The notes below the pieces were generated by a model, which did not search any database, was not told the DNA's origin, and worked only from the letters and a program-made list of their open reading frames with translations. From Myxococcales bacterium (lineage in GTDB: Bacteria > Myxococcota > Myxococcia > Myxococcales > Anaeromyxobacteraceae), in the NCBI GenBank assembly GCA_038320275.1, contig JBBQEB010000072.1, positions 1 to 17,982 on the forward strand: 17,982 nt of DNA, in the 5' to 3' direction. Below, piece after piece: positions 17,503 to 17,982 of the stretch (its first letter is position 1; the number at the start of each line of letters is the position of its first letter). Both the position numbers and the translations under genes were made by a program.

Positions 17503-17609
17503 TCCGTCAATCGGGTCTCGCTCGATGGTTCACGTGCCCGGTCGTATCCCGGGCCTCCCCGCCCGGCAGGAAAGTCCTAGCAGGTCGGCCGGCGGCTCGG
17601 CAACGGCGT

Positions 17610-17982
17610 CTATCCCCTCGTTTGCGCACCTTTGCGCACATCCGCTCCCACCGCGTCGGACAGGCTGGCAAACCCGTCCGCAGCCGCGAGCGCCTGCAGC
17701 TCCCGCAGGGTGCGCCCGACGAAGGCCGGCCCTCCGTAGATAAAGCCGGTGTAGGCCTGCACCAGCGCGGCTCCCGCCCGGATGCGCTGATAGGCGTCGT
17801 GGCCGTCCATCACCCCACCCACACCCACCACCGGCAGCCTCCCGCGCGCCGCCGCGTAGGCCCGGCGCACAGCGCGGAGCGCGAGCTCGCGCAGGGGCGC
17901 TCCGGAGAGCCCACCCGCCTCGGCCGCGCGCGGATCGCCTCCCACGAGCGGCCGCGCCACGGTGGTGTTCGTCGCGATGAGC
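17610..17982 (-). CDS. pyrD: Dihydroorotate dehydrogenase (class 2, quinone), C-terminal part; 5' end outside the window
   Basis: LIATNTT, EAGGLSGAPL, PVVGVGGV, AYQRIRAGAALVQAYTGFIYGGP. Confidence 0.93.
   Translation of the reverse strand, partial: LIATNTTVARPLVGGDPRAAEAGGLSGAPLRELALRAVRRAYAAARGRLPVVGVGGVMDGHDAYQRIRAGAALVQAYTGFIYGGPAFVGRTLRELQALAAADGFASLSDAVGADVRKGAQTRG

Overview
Very GC-rich chromosomal window (roughly 74% by eye) from a myxobacterium, most likely Anaeromyxobacter-like. This is inferred from a clear Tgl pilotin orthologue and the codon style. Almost everything is on the minus strand. Reading right to left: pyrD (3' part), two phasin-like genes, an SLT lytic transglycosylase, queE, tgl, a short RodZ-like HTH membrane protein, recO, glyQ, glyS, two translationally coupled Cys-rich beta-propeller lipoproteins of unknown function, polA, a DivIVA-domain gene (the only plus-strand gene), holB and a long holA that runs off the window and is missing from the ORF track. 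Non-coding structure not explained by the genes: (i) a 183-bp MITE-like element with 21-bp TIRs and a TCA/TGA duplication between the lipoprotein pair and polA; (ii) a structured 106-bp insert bounded by 19-bp direct repeats between recO and glyQ, with a hammerhead-like layout and a related copy downstream of polA; (iii) a palindromic operator upstream of the phasin-like genes; (iv) three promoters sharing the -10 TACGGT; (v) a DnaA-box-like 9-mer upstream of polA. The best candidates for undescribed biology are the lipoprotein pair, the phasin-phasin-SLT unit and the two small structured repeat elements. No database searches were run; family calls come from motif recognition.
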